Shown: positions 19,546-30,185, counted from the first letter of the stretch. The stretch: DNA of 64,000 nt from a virus (IMGVR_UViG_3300027710_000017:1-64000), one strand, 5' to 3'. Program-made: numbers and translations. The notes: generated by a model from the sequence alone, not told the origin.

Positions 19546-20298
19546 CTACTTACCAATATTTTTGGCAAGTGAATTATACATGTCCCAGGCTGATGTAAAC
19601 TCTATACGCTCCTTCAAGCCTTCTAAATATTCTTTGTGAGCTTCTGGTCTTTTTAATGGATCGATAGGGTCCTCTTCTCCAGTAAGTGCCCAGTCTGCTG
19701 CTGGGCAGTAGTCAAAGGTGACTATCTCCAAAAAGTCTCCCTCTCTCCACTCACGCTTTGGCCTCCAGTGTACTTGATTAACTGCACTAAAGATTATGGC
19801 GTCTCCAGTCTTGAGACTATATGGTTGATTGTTTATGTAGATATCCCAATCTATGTTACCGCCAAGCTGGTAATTAAAGGTTACAAGGTTTTCTGTGCTA
19901 TCTATATGTGGTGGTAGCGTGGGCTCATACCTTCCGTCACCATACTTTAAGTCATAGTCTATATAGCTATAATGTGCAAGCTTTATTTCATCTTTGTGCA
20001 ACGGCTTAGAGTAAGAGTCCATAACCTTTTCTACGGATTCTGGGCAATCAAACTCAACAATCAGTCTAGACATATGAGTCATTAGTCTGGGCTCAAGTCT
20101 GCTGGTTGTGCTTATGAACTCCTCTTTGTCTCCAGGCAATGGATGAGACGCCAAGGGCGTATTTTTAATTAGGCTAATTGCTTCTTTTAGTTCTAAAATT
20201 TGATCTTCGGAAAATGGACTCTCTACGTAAATTGGTAGAGTTTTATTATATCTATCAAAGCCCGACAAGAACTTATGCATTTTTGCAACATTAGTCAT
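19546..20298 (-). CDS. 2OG-Fe(II) oxygenase-like, tandem copy 1
   Basis: LPPHIDS, TFNYQL, DWDIYI, NQVHWR. Confidence 0.75.
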   Translation of the reverse strand: MTNVAKMHKFLSGFDRYNKTLPIYVESPFSEDQILELKEAISLIKNTPLASHPLPGDKEEFISTTSRLEPRLMTHMSRLIVEFDCPESVEKVMDSYSKPLHKDEIKLAHYSYIDYDLKYGDGRYEPTLPPHIDSTENLVTFNYQLGGNIDWDIYINNQPYSLKTGDAIIFSAVNQVHWRPKREWREGDFLEIVTFDYCPAADWALTGEEDPIDPLKRPEAHKEYLEGLKERIEFTSAWDMYNSLAKNIGK

Positions 20299-20875
20299 TT
20301 TGAGATCCCAGCTTTAAAAGCCATTCTTCTGACCTATTATCCATAAAATCAAAGTGCTCTAGGCCAACCGTATCTTTACTATCTTTAAGATATAAGTGAC
20401 AGAATATCATTTCTATAAATTCTCCAGGAACGAAGTCTCTGCTTGGTCTCCAATGTACCTGATGTGTTCCACTAAATGTTAACGCTTCGTTATTGTTTAA
20501 AACAAACTCTGTTCCCTCTACATAAATAGGCCAGCTAACATTTGAATCTAGCTGATAATCAAACGTGAATCTTGGCTCGCTAAATCTGTCAAAGTGTGGG
20601 CGAAGGCTTGGAACTTCAGTCTTTCCATTAATGTCTAAAAGTTCATACCTGGAGAACTGATATTCCATTTCAAATCCAGAAAGCCCTGTTATTTTTTCAA
20701 CATGCGAAATTATTTTTTGCTCAATTTTTTCTGGCATTTTAAAGTCTGAAATTTGCTGCACAAACATACTCATAACATATTTGTTATAAGGGTTTTTAAT
20801 TGAGCTAAGCACGTCTTCTAGCTCAGAGTCTGTTAAAACGTTTTGTACAACTATATTTTTTTCATCAAACTTCAA
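20291..20875 (-). CDS. 2OG-Fe(II) oxygenase-like, tandem copy 2
   Basis: LRPHFDR, TFDYQL, WPIYVEG, HQVHWR. Confidence 0.75.
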   Translation of the reverse strand: MKFDEKNIVVQNVLTDSELEDVLSSIKNPYNKYVMSMFVQQISDFKMPEKIEQKIISHVEKITGLSGFEMEYQFSRYELLDINGKTEVPSLRPHFDRFSEPRFTFDYQLDSNVSWPIYVEGTEFVLNNNEALTFSGTHQVHWRPSRDFVPGEFIEMIFCHLYLKDSKDTVGLEHFDFMDNRSEEWLLKLGSQND

Positions 20876-21503
20876 CTTGTTCCTCCAGGTTGCTAATGCC
20901 AGTTTCTCCTATTAAGAAACTTGCACGTTCCCTCAGAACGTCTTCCTGCTGATTGTCTAGTGGCATATCGGACACATACTCTAAATGACAAAAGATCATG
21001 TCGATCTCTGCATCATCTGCTATCTGCTTGTCTTCTCTCCAATGTATTTGCTGAGTTCCTGCAAAAACCAGAGCCTGATTATCCTGTAGATTATAGACAT
21101 CCTCCTCTACAACAAGTGCCCAAGGCTCTGAAGTTTTTAGCTGAATGTCGAACGTTACCCTCTGACTTGGTCTAGTGTCGTAGTGTGGGAAAAGTTTTGC
21201 TCGATATCCAAATTTAGGAGAATACCTTGCAAAAGAGTAGTCTTTTTTAAGCACTAGATGATCTCCCAAAGAATTCTTTACAACTTGATTAATCCTATCT
21301 TCAATCTCTTCGCCCAAAGATACGTCCCAAACCTTATGACTAGCCCAAGGCTGAATCCTGGTCTGCTCTTCTGAGGCATTGCCAATAATTTCATAGATCC
21401 TGTCAATGTGCCCTTGTTCAAATATATCATCAACCACTGTCACATTAAAGTCCTGGTTAGATATATGTCTTTGAGTTGCCTTAAAATCTTTATATGATGT
21501 CAT
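20865..21503 (-). CDS. 2OG-Fe(II) oxygenase-like, tandem copy 3 (probably leaderless)
   Basis: LFPHYDT, TFDIQL, QQIHWR; TATAAT 6 nt before the ATG at 21503. Confidence 0.75.
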   Translation of the reverse strand: MTSYKDFKATQRHISNQDFNVTVVDDIFEQGHIDRIYEIIGNASEEQTRIQPWASHKVWDVSLGEEIEDRINQVVKNSLGDHLVLKKDYSFARYSPKFGYRAKLFPHYDTRPSQRVTFDIQLKTSEPWALVVEEDVYNLQDNQALVFAGTQQIHWREDKQIADDAEIDMIFCHLEYVSDMPLDNQQEDVLRERASFLIGETGISNLEEQVEV

Positions 21504-21524
21504 AATTAAATTATACACCATAGC

Positions 21525-22133
21525 CTAGTAGGCTTCGGTTGCCTCTATAATGGCCTGTTTCTCTTTGCTAGACACCCTGCTACTAGTAACAAACCATGGC
21601 AATAGAATGTCATACAAATCTATTAGTAGATTAACATCCTGAATTTGATACTTCTTCATTTCTTTCCAAGAGTCCTTATCGCCAGCCATGCATCCAAGCC
21701 ATAGTCTAAATCCAGAATGCTTAACCTTTGCCCCAACCTCAAGCTTCTGTGCCACATAGTCTAGCTTATTTGAAGGAAACATAAAGTTTGCTTTTGTTAC
21801 ACTCATCAAATCTAAATCCTTAACTGGTGATGGCGGTAGCATGCCATTTTCCAAGAACTCTCTATTTATATGTTTGTGATCAAATGCAGCTGAGTTCCAG
21901 CCAACAAGCACATCTGCCTCTTCCATAAGTTCGTGCAGCTCTTCTAGCATGGCCTGTTTGCCGTCATGGTGTACTGATTTAAAAATTACCTTTTTGCTTC
22001 CAAGCCACCTGGCTCCAAAGCACAGCATTTCAGTACTCTTAATAATTTGATCAATACTAATGTTCTGATCCCATAGCCCCCATGTATAAACCTGCATAGG
22101 TGTTGTTTCAATATCTAAAAATAATGTCTTCAT
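21525..22133 (-). CDS. RNase H-like DEDDy 3'-5' exonuclease
   Basis: LFLDIET, GWNSAAFD, KLDYVA, YQIQDV. Confidence 0.85.
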   Translation of the reverse strand: MKTLFLDIETTPMQVYTWGLWDQNISIDQIIKSTEMLCFGARWLGSKKVIFKSVHHDGKQAMLEELHELMEEADVLVGWNSAAFDHKHINREFLENGMLPPSPVKDLDLMSVTKANFMFPSNKLDYVAQKLEVGAKVKHSGFRLWLGCMAGDKDSWKEMKKYQIQDVNLLIDLYDILLPWFVTSSRVSSKEKQAIIEATEAY

Positions 22134-22135
22134 AA

Positions 22136-22417
22136 TTAATCCTCAATTAGTTGCTCTAATAGAGATAGCTCTATTATTGCTAGTCTAGTTTTTTTATTTC
22201 CTTCTCCCAGTACCACGATGATAGCTGGGTCATTTTTATTTTTCATTGCATCTGTAGTTGCCTTTGCCCAGTTATCCTGGTTTACGGTAAATCCTTTTGG
22301 ATACTCTTTAAAATCTACCGTAAAGTTTTCAAAGACTGCGTCGCCCTTAGTTGTACCTCTGCCACTATTCTTTATAGCCTTGGCCCCTAAACGCTTAATT
22401 TCAGATCTCTCGCTCAT
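22136..22417 (-). CDS. Small PD-(D/E)XK nuclease/resolvase-like protein
   Basis: NSGRG..KGDA...VDFKE. Confidence 0.65.
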   Translation of the reverse strand: MSERSEIKRLGAKAIKNSGRGTTKGDAVFENFTVDFKEYPKGFTVNQDNWAKATTDAMKNKNDPAIIVVLGEGNKKTRLAIIELSLLEQLIED

Positions 22418-22577
22418 AATCTTTCTTTGTTTTAGTTTTTAAAGATACCTCACTTAGATGTTTTTCAAGGCACATCCATGTAAGTAGTTTTTCTTCTGGG
22501 TAATGTCTAAGGCTAGTTACTTCAGCACTACACATTTGGCACTTAAATTTCCCTTGGTAAACTGTATATCTAGACAC
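22401..22577 (-). CDS. Small Zn-ribbon protein (not in ORF track)
   Basis: GTG start, 58 aa MSRYTVYQGKFKCQMC...WMCLEKH...EREI; fills the gap and overlaps both neighbours. Confidence 0.65.
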   Translation of the reverse strand: MSRYTVYQGKFKCQMCSAEVTSLRHYPEEKLLTWMCLEKHLSEVSLKTKTKKDYEREI

Positions 22578-23580
22578 TGTGTACCTTTTCGTATAGCATA
22601 TTGTAAAGCTCTTTATCTTCTCTTACCTTAGCAACAAAAGCATCTCTACCCTGCAACTTAGTTCCGTCTTCCAATTGGTACCAGGCCCCAGTTCTGCTTA
22701 CAAATCCAAGCATCTCTGCAGTATCTACTAAGTCTCCAACAGAATCAATTCCAATCATGTCTCCTCTGTAGTAAAAGTCATACTCAGCAGAATCTCCTGG
22801 GGCAGATGTCTTAGAATTAAGAACTTCCCATCGGACCTTTCGACCAACCTTTTGCTCTATTAGCTTATCTCCCGACTGAATCTTTGCCTTGATAGCCTGA
22901 GAGTCAGAGCTAGATGAAAACAGTTTAACTATTGTAGATGACATAAACTGTGTTGTCAGCCCTCCTGTTGGAGCTGCCTGAGTATAGGTGGCCTGAATGT
23001 TATTCCTTGCCTGAGAAATTGCAACTATAAGAGCTGGCTTCTCCCGATTATTGGCATAGTTTAGCATTAGCCAAGCATGCTTTAAGTCTTTAGACTCAGC
23101 ACCGATCTGCTTAGTCTGATCCAAAGCCTTTAGCTCATCGGAGTCTTTTTCAAAATACACAGCTGGAAGAAGAGAGCTAATACTGTCAATTACGATAATG
23201 TCTACACCTGCTTGAAGAAGTGCAACACCAACGTCTACCATATCATTTATACTTCTGGCTTCAGAGTATATTAGCTTTTCTGTATCCACCCCTAGCTTTT
23301 TTGCCCAGTCTTCGTCATAGGACATTTCTGCGTCAACCCATGCGCAAAGCTTGCCCTCTTTTTGAGCCATAGCAATCATTTGCAGACAAAGTGAAGACTT
23401 TGCGCTAGACTTGCTTCCCCAAAGAAGAACCTGCCTTCCATAAGGAAAGCCACCACCTAGGGCACGGTTTAGTCCTGCACTTGGCGTAGGCTGCATCTCT
23501 GTCTTGATACCAACACCAGTGCTTAGCCTTTTCCTAATCTTGGGATCTAACTGAGCCATTGCTTCTTCAATAGTAGTCAT
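22570..23580 (-). CDS. recA: RecA/UvsX-like recombinase
   Basis: LNRALGGGFPYGR, WGSKSSAKSS (variant Walker A), WVDAE, IVIDSIS, ISQAR. Confidence 0.9.
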   Translation of the reverse strand: MTTIEEAMAQLDPKIRKRLSTGVGIKTEMQPTPSAGLNRALGGGFPYGRQVLLWGSKSSAKSSLCLQMIAMAQKEGKLCAWVDAEMSYDEDWAKKLGVDTEKLIYSEARSINDMVDVGVALLQAGVDIIVIDSISSLLPAVYFEKDSDELKALDQTKQIGAESKDLKHAWLMLNYANNREKPALIVAISQARNNIQATYTQAAPTGGLTTQFMSSTIVKLFSSSSDSQAIKAKIQSGDKLIEQKVGRKVRWEVLNSKTSAPGDSAEYDFYYRGDMIGIDSVGDLVDTAEMLGFVSRTGAWYQLEDGTKLQGRDAFVAKVREDKELYNMLYEKVHSV

Positions 23581-23801
23581 TAGCCCACCAATCCCGAAAT
23601 CTTGTCTGGATTAAATCCTGACCAAGAATCATCGTCTGTAATAACTACTGGAGCTGACTTAAATCCCTTAGAGATTACCAGATCTAGAGCTTCTTCGTTT
23701 ACTGTAATGTCCACAGTTGAATACTCAATATTCAGCTTGTCCATCATTCTTTTAGTTGCATCGCACTGAACGCACGAAGGCTTTGTGTATACTGTAATCA
23801 T
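23580..23801 (-). CDS. nrdH: Glutaredoxin-like NrdH
   Basis: ITVYTKPSCVQC...APVV...WSGFNPDKI. Confidence 0.93.
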   Translation of the reverse strand: MITVYTKPSCVQCDATKRMMDKLNIEYSTVDITVNEEALDLVISKGFKSAPVVITDDDSWSGFNPDKISGLVG

Positions 23802-26800
23802 TATTTTATATCCTCCAAGATAATTGTTCCATCCTTTGTTTTACCAAACTCAAAAGTGTATGCCATGCCCTCTTTAATATTCATGTATGCCTTTGGAAAG
23901 GCTGTAGGGAATACTGTGACAGAGTGTAGGTTTCGTGAAGTATCTGCCAAGGTAAGAGATGCCATCTTCTTACCTGCCTTTGTAACTCTTGGCTTAAAAG
24001 AAATAACAAACATTTCGTCATCCTTATATGGCAGCATCTTATAGTTTAAGAACTTAACCAGGGCGGATTCAGAACCTTTAATTTCGTCAACACTGATAGC
24101 ATTAACAATCCGATTATCATTACATAAAACAAGGTAGGTTTTACCAGTTTCAATAGTTGTCTGTTCTTCATCAAATATCCCAACACTTCCTGTTTTGTCT
24201 AGAATTTCTACACGTGACCAACCCTTGCCACGTTTAATTGTTTTAACCATTCCCATGAGAACGTACGCACCCTTTTCTTCAAACTCTTCTATGTCATTAA
24301 TAAATGCATAGTAGTGAGATGGAATATCTATGTTAAACTCTGGGAGGTTTAGATACTCATAAAGGCTCTCTCGTACCTCGTTTTCATTTCTTGGGTTATC
24401 ATCAAAAGTTGCTGCTCCTACTAGCTTAAGTGCTTGCAGTGCACGGCTATTGACTCCGTTGCCCTTTCCAAAAGTAAACGCCTCAAGATCTTTATAGGAG
24501 GCAAATGGTCTTCTAGCAATATACTTCTTTGCAATATTGTCAGAGATATACTTGATTGAGCTTAGTCCAAACCTAATGCCCTTACCCTCAATTTTAAAGT
24601 CCATGTCTGATTCATTGATGTGTGGAAGCCTAATAGAAATGTTCATTCTCTTGGCTTCGATCAAATACTCAGTCCTGGCATCCTTATCCTTTTCATTCTT
24701 AAGAACAGAGTACATAAACTCTATTGGATAATACTTTTTAAGCCAGGCTGTCCAGTAAGATAGTGTTGAGTAGGCTACCGCATGAGACTTGTTAAATGAG
24801 TAACCTGCGTGAGCTTCAAAATCTGTCCACAGGTTTAGCGCATCATTTGGAGATAGATAGTTAGACGCACCAGAAACAAACTTTTCCTTAAACTGGTCAA
24901 ACTCTTTTGCATCTTTCTTTTTACCAATAATTTTACGAACCTTGTCAGCTTCGGCCATCGACATTCCGCCTAGCTCAGTACAGGCTTGCATAACCTGCTC
25001 CTGATACAAGATACACCCATAGGTATCTTGAGTAAATGCCTTCATGACTTGGTGATGATAGCTAATGTTTTGCTTGCCGTGCTTACGAGCAATATAGTCT
25101 TTACCAATAGTATTCATGGCACCTGGTCGAACTAGAGCGTTAGAAGCAGCTAGCTCTGCAAAATTCTTTACCCCCATCTTTACCAAAAGATTTGTATATG
25201 GTGTAGCTTCACACTGAAACACTCCCTTAGTATATCCAGAAGAAAGCATCTCGTAGACCTTGTCGTCTTCCATATCAATTTCTAAAAGATTTATATCTTT
25301 CCCAGTCCTATCCTTAATAATATCCAAGGTGTCTCTTAGCACTGACAGGGTCTTTAGACCTAGAGCATCGATCTTAATTAGTCCGATGCGCTCCGCTTCT
25401 TCCATGTCTACCGCAACAACTGGAATTCTGTCTCCGCTTCCTGGAGAAGTTCTTGTTTCCAGTGGTGCATATTTAAATATTGGAGACTTTGAGGTGACAA
25501 CACCAGCAGCATGGATTCCAGTGCCACGAATGCGGCCACGCAGTTGTTCACCGTATTTTTCAATTTCTGGATACTTTTCACGGAACCAGGCAGCTTGTTT
25601 TGATGTGCAATAATCGTCCCAAGTATCTACGACTTTCATAACTTTATTTACGTCGGTCAGCGGTATGTTTAGCACACGAGCAATGTCCCTAACAACACCC
25701 TTGTCTTTGAACTGTAGGAATGTTGCAATAGATGCTACGTGACGATATTGACGTACAAGATAGTCTTTTACTTCTTCACGACGTGAGTCCTGGATGTCCG
25801 TATCGATATCTGGAAAGTCATTACGCTCTGGATTGATAAATCGGAAAAACAGAAGTCCGTGCTTGATTGGATCAATATCTGTAATCCCTAACGCATAGCA
25901 AAGTAAAGATCCTGCAGAAGATCCACGGCCAGGACCTACAAGGATGCCTTCTTTCTTTGCCCAAGAAATCATGTTTCGAACTACAAGAAAGTATGGACCA
26001 AACTTTTTATCCTTGATTACAGACAGCTCTTCCTGTAGTCTATCCAGGTATTCCTGCTTGTCCTTTAAGCCTCTTTGGGCAAGACCCTCAAGAGCAAGAT
26101 TTCTCAGCTCTTCATCTGGCTTCTGGTACTGAACTGGGAGCAAGTCTAGGTGATCCTGAATATCGTAAGAGCCAATCTTTTCAGAAATCTCAAGGGTGCT
26201 CTGGTAAATATCTTCTCTGTCTATTCCCTGAGATGACATTGCATTCTTCATCTCTTCATAGGATAGTAAATGAATTTCAAACTTATTAAAAGACATCTGT
26301 CTATCTGCACCGTAAAGATAATCCAGCTTATCCATAAGATTGTCATGCTTAAGGGACTTTTCGTATGTAGCATCCTTGGCAATCTTATTAGCATATGTAT
26401 TAAGAATTAGCTTTAGCTCTTGAATTTCTTTTTGTCCAGCATGTGAGTGGTGACAGTCTGGAGTTACCACAGCCTTGACGCCATACTCATCAGCTAGCTC
26501 AAGCAGCTGATTATTCACTTCTGGTGGATTATGCGGCATTACTTCAATATAATAGTCTTCTCCAAAAACACGCTTATGCCATTCAATAATGTGCTTTGCC
26601 TCTGCAAGCTCTTCAGCCTCAATAGCTTTTGCTAGTGCACCAGACAAGCAACCAGAAAGAACGATAAGCCCTTCTGAATACTTCTCTAACACTTCATAAT
26701 CAATGCGTGGCTTTTTGTAGTAGCCCTCAGTCCAAGCAATTTCGTTAAGCTTGTTTAGATTTTCTAGACCAACATCATTCTTTGCAATAATAATTATGTG

Positions 26801-27073
26801 GTTATAGACTAGGTCTAAAAGGCCTTTCCTTTCTTCCTTGTCTCTTTGATCAAATCTGTCTTGGGTTATATAACCCTCTACTCCTAATATCGGCTTAATG
26901 CCACTCTCATTAGCAGCCCGAAAGAACTCCCTGTGACCAGAAAGAGATCCGTGGTCAGTAATTGCCAATGCATCCATACCCAGTTCTTTGGCACGCTCTA
27001 CATACTCTAATGGAGTAGCGATGCCGTCAAATAGACTGTAATGAGTGTGGACATGTAAGCCAACATAGGACAT
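23801..27073 (-). CDS. dnaE: DNA polymerase III alpha subunit
   Basis: PHP LHVHTHYS, AITDHG, GRGSSAGSL, FPDIDTD, KIDALGL, YSFNKSHA. Confidence 0.95.
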   Translation of the reverse strand: MSYVGLHVHTHYSLFDGIATPLEYVERAKELGMDALAITDHGSLSGHREFFRAANESGIKPILGVEGYITQDRFDQRDKEERKGLLDLVYNHIIIIAKNDVGLENLNKLNEIAWTEGYYKKPRIDYEVLEKYSEGLIVLSGCLSGALAKAIEAEELAEAKHIIEWHKRVFGEDYYIEVMPHNPPEVNNQLLELADEYGVKAVVTPDCHHSHAGQKEIQELKLILNTYANKIAKDATYEKSLKHDNLMDKLDYLYGADRQMSFNKFEIHLLSYEEMKNAMSSQGIDREDIYQSTLEISEKIGSYDIQDHLDLLPVQYQKPDEELRNLALEGLAQRGLKDKQEYLDRLQEELSVIKDKKFGPYFLVVRNMISWAKKEGILVGPGRGSSAGSLLCYALGITDIDPIKHGLLFFRFINPERNDFPDIDTDIQDSRREEVKDYLVRQYRHVASIATFLQFKDKGVVRDIARVLNIPLTDVNKVMKVVDTWDDYCTSKQAAWFREKYPEIEKYGEQLRGRIRGTGIHAAGVVTSKSPIFKYAPLETRTSPGSGDRIPVVAVDMEEAERIGLIKIDALGLKTLSVLRDTLDIIKDRTGKDINLLEIDMEDDKVYEMLSSGYTKGVFQCEATPYTNLLVKMGVKNFAELAASNALVRPGAMNTIGKDYIARKHGKQNISYHHQVMKAFTQDTYGCILYQEQVMQACTELGGMSMAEADKVRKIIGKKKDAKEFDQFKEKFVSGASNYLSPNDALNLWTDFEAHAGYSFNKSHAVAYSTLSYWTAWLKKYYPIEFMYSVLKNEKDKDARTEYLIEAKRMNISIRLPHINESDMDFKIEGKGIRFGLSSIKYISDNIAKKYIARRPFASYKDLEAFTFGKGNGVNSRALQALKLVGAATFDDNPRNENEVRESLYEYLNLPEFNIDIPSHYYAFINDIEEFEEKGAYVLMGMVKTIKRGKGWSRVEILDKTGSVGIFDEEQTTIETGKTYLVLCNDNRIVNAISVDEIKGSESALVKFLNYKMLPYKDDEMFVISFKPRVTKAGKKMASLTLADTSRNLHSVTVFPTAFPKAYMNIKEGMAYTFEFGKTKDGTIILEDIK

Positions 27074-27081
27074 AGACTATA

Positions 27082-27738
27082 TTACCAATCTATGTTCGAA
27101 CTAGAGGCGGAAGACGGTGTGTCAAAGCCTAGGTAGAAAGCTTCTTGCTCGGCATATGGTACCTTGCTCAAAGCTGACTCTAGTGGATATGGACGGATGT
27201 CTGTCCAATTGAATGGTTCCTTATCTGGAGTTGAAGGAATAAGGGTATAGCTTGTTTCCGTACCCTGACCATTCCTCTTTAGCTTCCAGGTCTGATTTGA
27301 AATGCTTCCAGTCTCAAGAGCGAACTCACGAATGGTATTAAATGCAGACTGCTTGCTTACTCCCATAGACCAAATAGCAACATATGGATCTTCTAGTCCA
27401 TCATCAACTAGAACGTTGCAGTAGAAACGGAGACGTGCTCTCCATCCAGCCTTTGGATCTTTTCTGTGCATTTCTTCTGCCCAGTCACGACCTTCGGTGT
27501 CCATGGTATCTACAGCCTTGCGTCTGTAGTCCTTTGGATTGGTGTGTTCCTTTACAACAAGTGCAAGGCCTCGCTCTTCAGAATAGCTTGAGCTATCCTC
27601 ATCTAGCTCTTCAATGAAACGAATCTTTACAGACTGTCCATCTGCCAGCTTTAGCCAGCGAACCTTTGCTTTATTTTCATCATATTTTGGCTTATCAAGT
27701 AGTGCATTGATATTCTTTAGCCCTTTTACTACGCTCAT
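27082..27738 (-). CDS. Single-stranded DNA-binding protein (gp32-like OB fold)
   Basis: WLKLADGQSVKIRF, KLKRNGQGTETSY, short acidic/aromatic tail; lies between primase and polymerase. Confidence 0.6.
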   Translation of the reverse strand: MSVVKGLKNINALLDKPKYDENKAKVRWLKLADGQSVKIRFIEELDEDSSSYSEERGLALVVKEHTNPKDYRRKAVDTMDTEGRDWAEEMHRKDPKAGWRARLRFYCNVLVDDGLEDPYVAIWSMGVSKQSAFNTIREFALETGSISNQTWKLKRNGQGTETSYTLIPSTPDKEPFNWTDIRPYPLESALSKVPYAEQEAFYLGFDTPSSASSSNIDW

Positions 27739-27761
27739 TTTTTCTCCTATATCTTAGTTTA

Positions 27762-28706
27762 TTATTTTAACATTGAAGCGATTGATTTGTCAAATGATTC
27801 ATCTAATTGCTTAATCTCATCATCTGACATATCGCCTATATCTTTGTATTTTTTATTTAGTTGTATTACGATAACACGAGATCCAAGATTTTCTACAATC
27901 TTGTCTTTCATGTTGCCGCCTGCTTCATCATTATCTGCAATAACGCAAATGTTATTGAAGTATTTTTTGAGTAGGTCTATTTGGTAGTTAGAGACATTTG
28001 ACCCTAGGGTGGCTACCGCTGGGAAGCCGCACTGGTCTAGTCTAATCGCATCGAAAGATGACTCAACTACGTAAACTTTCTTAGATGTCTTAACCCTATG
28101 AAGATTAAACAATATCTTTGCTTTCGGAAGTCTTGGGGTGTTTTTAAAGTCTTTGCCCTCAATTGATCTACCAACAAATCCAACTTCCATGCCGTCTGGA
28201 GAGTGAACTGGAATAGTTACCATGTCTTGCTTTTCAGAATAGCCAAGCCAAAACTTTTTAACAGAAGCTTCTGGAATAAGTCTGCCTTCAAAATATCTCA
28301 TGGCTCTTGGAGATTCTAAAGCTTGGGAGTTAAGTCTTTTAATTGAAACCTGATCATACTGAACATACTCTGGAACATCAACTAGCTTTTTATTAATCCT
28401 ATCCAGAACAGAAGAGCTTTCTTCCTTGCTCTTAATAAATCTGACAGCCTCAAAATATTTTCTTCCAGAATAGTGCATAACAAGTTCTATAAAGTCGCAG
28501 ACGTGGTGGCATGAGAAACAAAAGAATACGCCAGTAATCTTATCTACTTCTCCAGCTGGCGTTCTGTTGTTAGCGTGAAATGGACAAAAGATAATAAAGT
28601 CAGTGTCTACTTCTGACTGGACCTCTAGGCCCGTTCCTTCAAGGACTCTCTTGATTTGCTCTCTTGTATATAGATTGGTTTTGCTTCGTCTATTCCCAGT
28701 ATCCAT
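27762..28706 (-). CDS. DNA primase
   Basis: CHC2 finger CPFH...CFSC; TOPRIM VVESSFD...ADNDEAG. Confidence 0.9.
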   Translation of the reverse strand: MDTGNRRSKTNLYTREQIKRVLEGTGLEVQSEVDTDFIIFCPFHANNRTPAGEVDKITGVFFCFSCHHVCDFIELVMHYSGRKYFEAVRFIKSKEESSSVLDRINKKLVDVPEYVQYDQVSIKRLNSQALESPRAMRYFEGRLIPEASVKKFWLGYSEKQDMVTIPVHSPDGMEVGFVGRSIEGKDFKNTPRLPKAKILFNLHRVKTSKKVYVVESSFDAIRLDQCGFPAVATLGSNVSNYQIDLLKKYFNNICVIADNDEAGGNMKDKIVENLGSRVIVIQLNKKYKDIGDMSDDEIKQLDESFDKSIASMLK

Positions 28707-28951
28707 TCGCTTTGTTTCTTTCCTATATATATTCCGTATAAACTTAGTTTAAATTCAAAAAAATCTTTTAGCTCGTTATAGTATATCGTAAAATCTGGAT
28801 TAATGTCAAGCCTTGGGACATATCCAGAAAGTCTCATCTCTGTTACTAGCAGTCTTATATACTCACCCTTGAGTCTTGGTATGGCAGAGTCATCATGGAT
28901 ATTTCCATCTAAGCCAAACTTCTTGATTGGCTTGTGGTGTATATTAAGCAT
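28625..28951 (-). CDS. Hypothetical protein (probably leaderless)
   Basis: TATAAT 6 nt before the ATG at 28951; the ORF-track extension overlaps the helicase. Confidence 0.65.
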   Translation of the reverse strand: MLNIHHKPIKKFGLDGNIHDDSAIPRLKGEYIRLLVTEMRLSGYVPRLDINPDFTIYYNELKDFFEFKLSLYGIYIGKKQSEWILGIDEAKPIYIQESKSRESLKERA

Positions 28952-28964
28952 GTAATAATTATAA

Positions 28965-30185
28965 CTACTTATCCTCGAAGTCTTTATACCTGTACCAGCC
29001 TTTGTCAAAGTCTGCCTGGACTAAAAACTCTCCCATATAGCCATTACGGTTTTTCCTAAATACACACTCAATAATATCACTGTTGGCTGCACGGCCTAGA
29101 GCTAGGACCCAGTCGGCATCGTAAGCAATCTGTCTAGACCAGGCTGTCTGGCCAAGAGTTGGAACTGTGTCTAGCTTTGTGACATCGTCTGGTGTTGCAG
29201 AAGAAATTGCCATGATCGGAACCTGCTCAGAAATAGCCATAAGCTTTAGTTCACGAGAAAGGTTTTTCATTCTAACAGTTTCGTTATCTGACTTTTGGTT
29301 TGGAGACATTAGCTGTAGGTAGTCAACCACGACAAAGTCTGGCTTATACTGATCTAATTTTCCTCTAAGCACAGATGGGTTTACATCGCCACCACTATCA
29401 TTAGAGATAATGTGAAACTCTGGTTTGCCTTCAAGATTTTTTTCGTGCCACTTAGCTAGATCTTCTAAATCTACCTGACCACTAGAAAGCTTCCTATGAG
29501 ACCAAAGACCTTCTCCCATGATAGCGTACACACGATTACGAACTTCAGTTTCGCTCATTTCAAGACTGACAATCATTGGGGACTTGCCCTGCTTCCAGGC
29601 TTGCACGGCAAAGTAAAGACTTAGCCAAGACTTTCCAATACCTGGATAAGCCAAGAAGACTCCTAGCTGTCCTGGCATAATTCCAGCTGGCAAGTAGTTG
29701 TCAAATCCTGGAAGCCCAGTCTTAATGCCAATGAACCCTAGCTCCTGATCTCTCTGAAGCTTTTTGTAATACTCTATAGCAGAGGCTAAATCGGTTGCGT
29801 CAATATCTCGGATTGCTGAGGTATTTTTCTTGAGCTCAGAAGTCTTTGTAATTAGAGACTCTAGTGCAGCAACACTACTACCACCCTGAATTTCTGTAGC
29901 TGCAGAAACCAAGATTTCTTTTATGCTGCTCTCAAGGTATTCGCCCTGAAGCTCTTCAAGATGATGCTTCGTAGCCCCGACTCCATCAACTGGAGAAAAG
30001 TCCCTAAACTTTTCAACTACTACGGACTTTGGTGGAACGGATCCATTAATCTCTGCATACTTACGAATAAACTGCCAAATATCGGTATGGGTACGCAAAA
30101 GCTTTTCCACATCTGCCTGAAGCAGAACGTGGAGCTGCTTGTCCTCTAGGACCGCAGATATTAGTTTGTCTTCTACGCTACTCAC
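28965..30185 (-). CDS. DnaB-like replicative helicase
   Basis: AYPGIGKS, SLEMSE, VVDYLQLM, QIAYDAD, KNRNG. Confidence 0.92.
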   Translation of the reverse strand: MSSVEDKLISAVLEDKQLHVLLQADVEKLLRTHTDIWQFIRKYAEINGSVPPKSVVVEKFRDFSPVDGVGATKHHLEELQGEYLESSIKEILVSAATEIQGGSSVAALESLITKTSELKKNTSAIRDIDATDLASAIEYYKKLQRDQELGFIGIKTGLPGFDNYLPAGIMPGQLGVFLAYPGIGKSWLSLYFAVQAWKQGKSPMIVSLEMSETEVRNRVYAIMGEGLWSHRKLSSGQVDLEDLAKWHEKNLEGKPEFHIISNDSGGDVNPSVLRGKLDQYKPDFVVVDYLQLMSPNQKSDNETVRMKNLSRELKLMAISEQVPIMAISSATPDDVTKLDTVPTLGQTAWSRQIAYDADWVLALGRAANSDIIECVFRKNRNGYMGEFLVQADFDKGWYRYKDFEDK

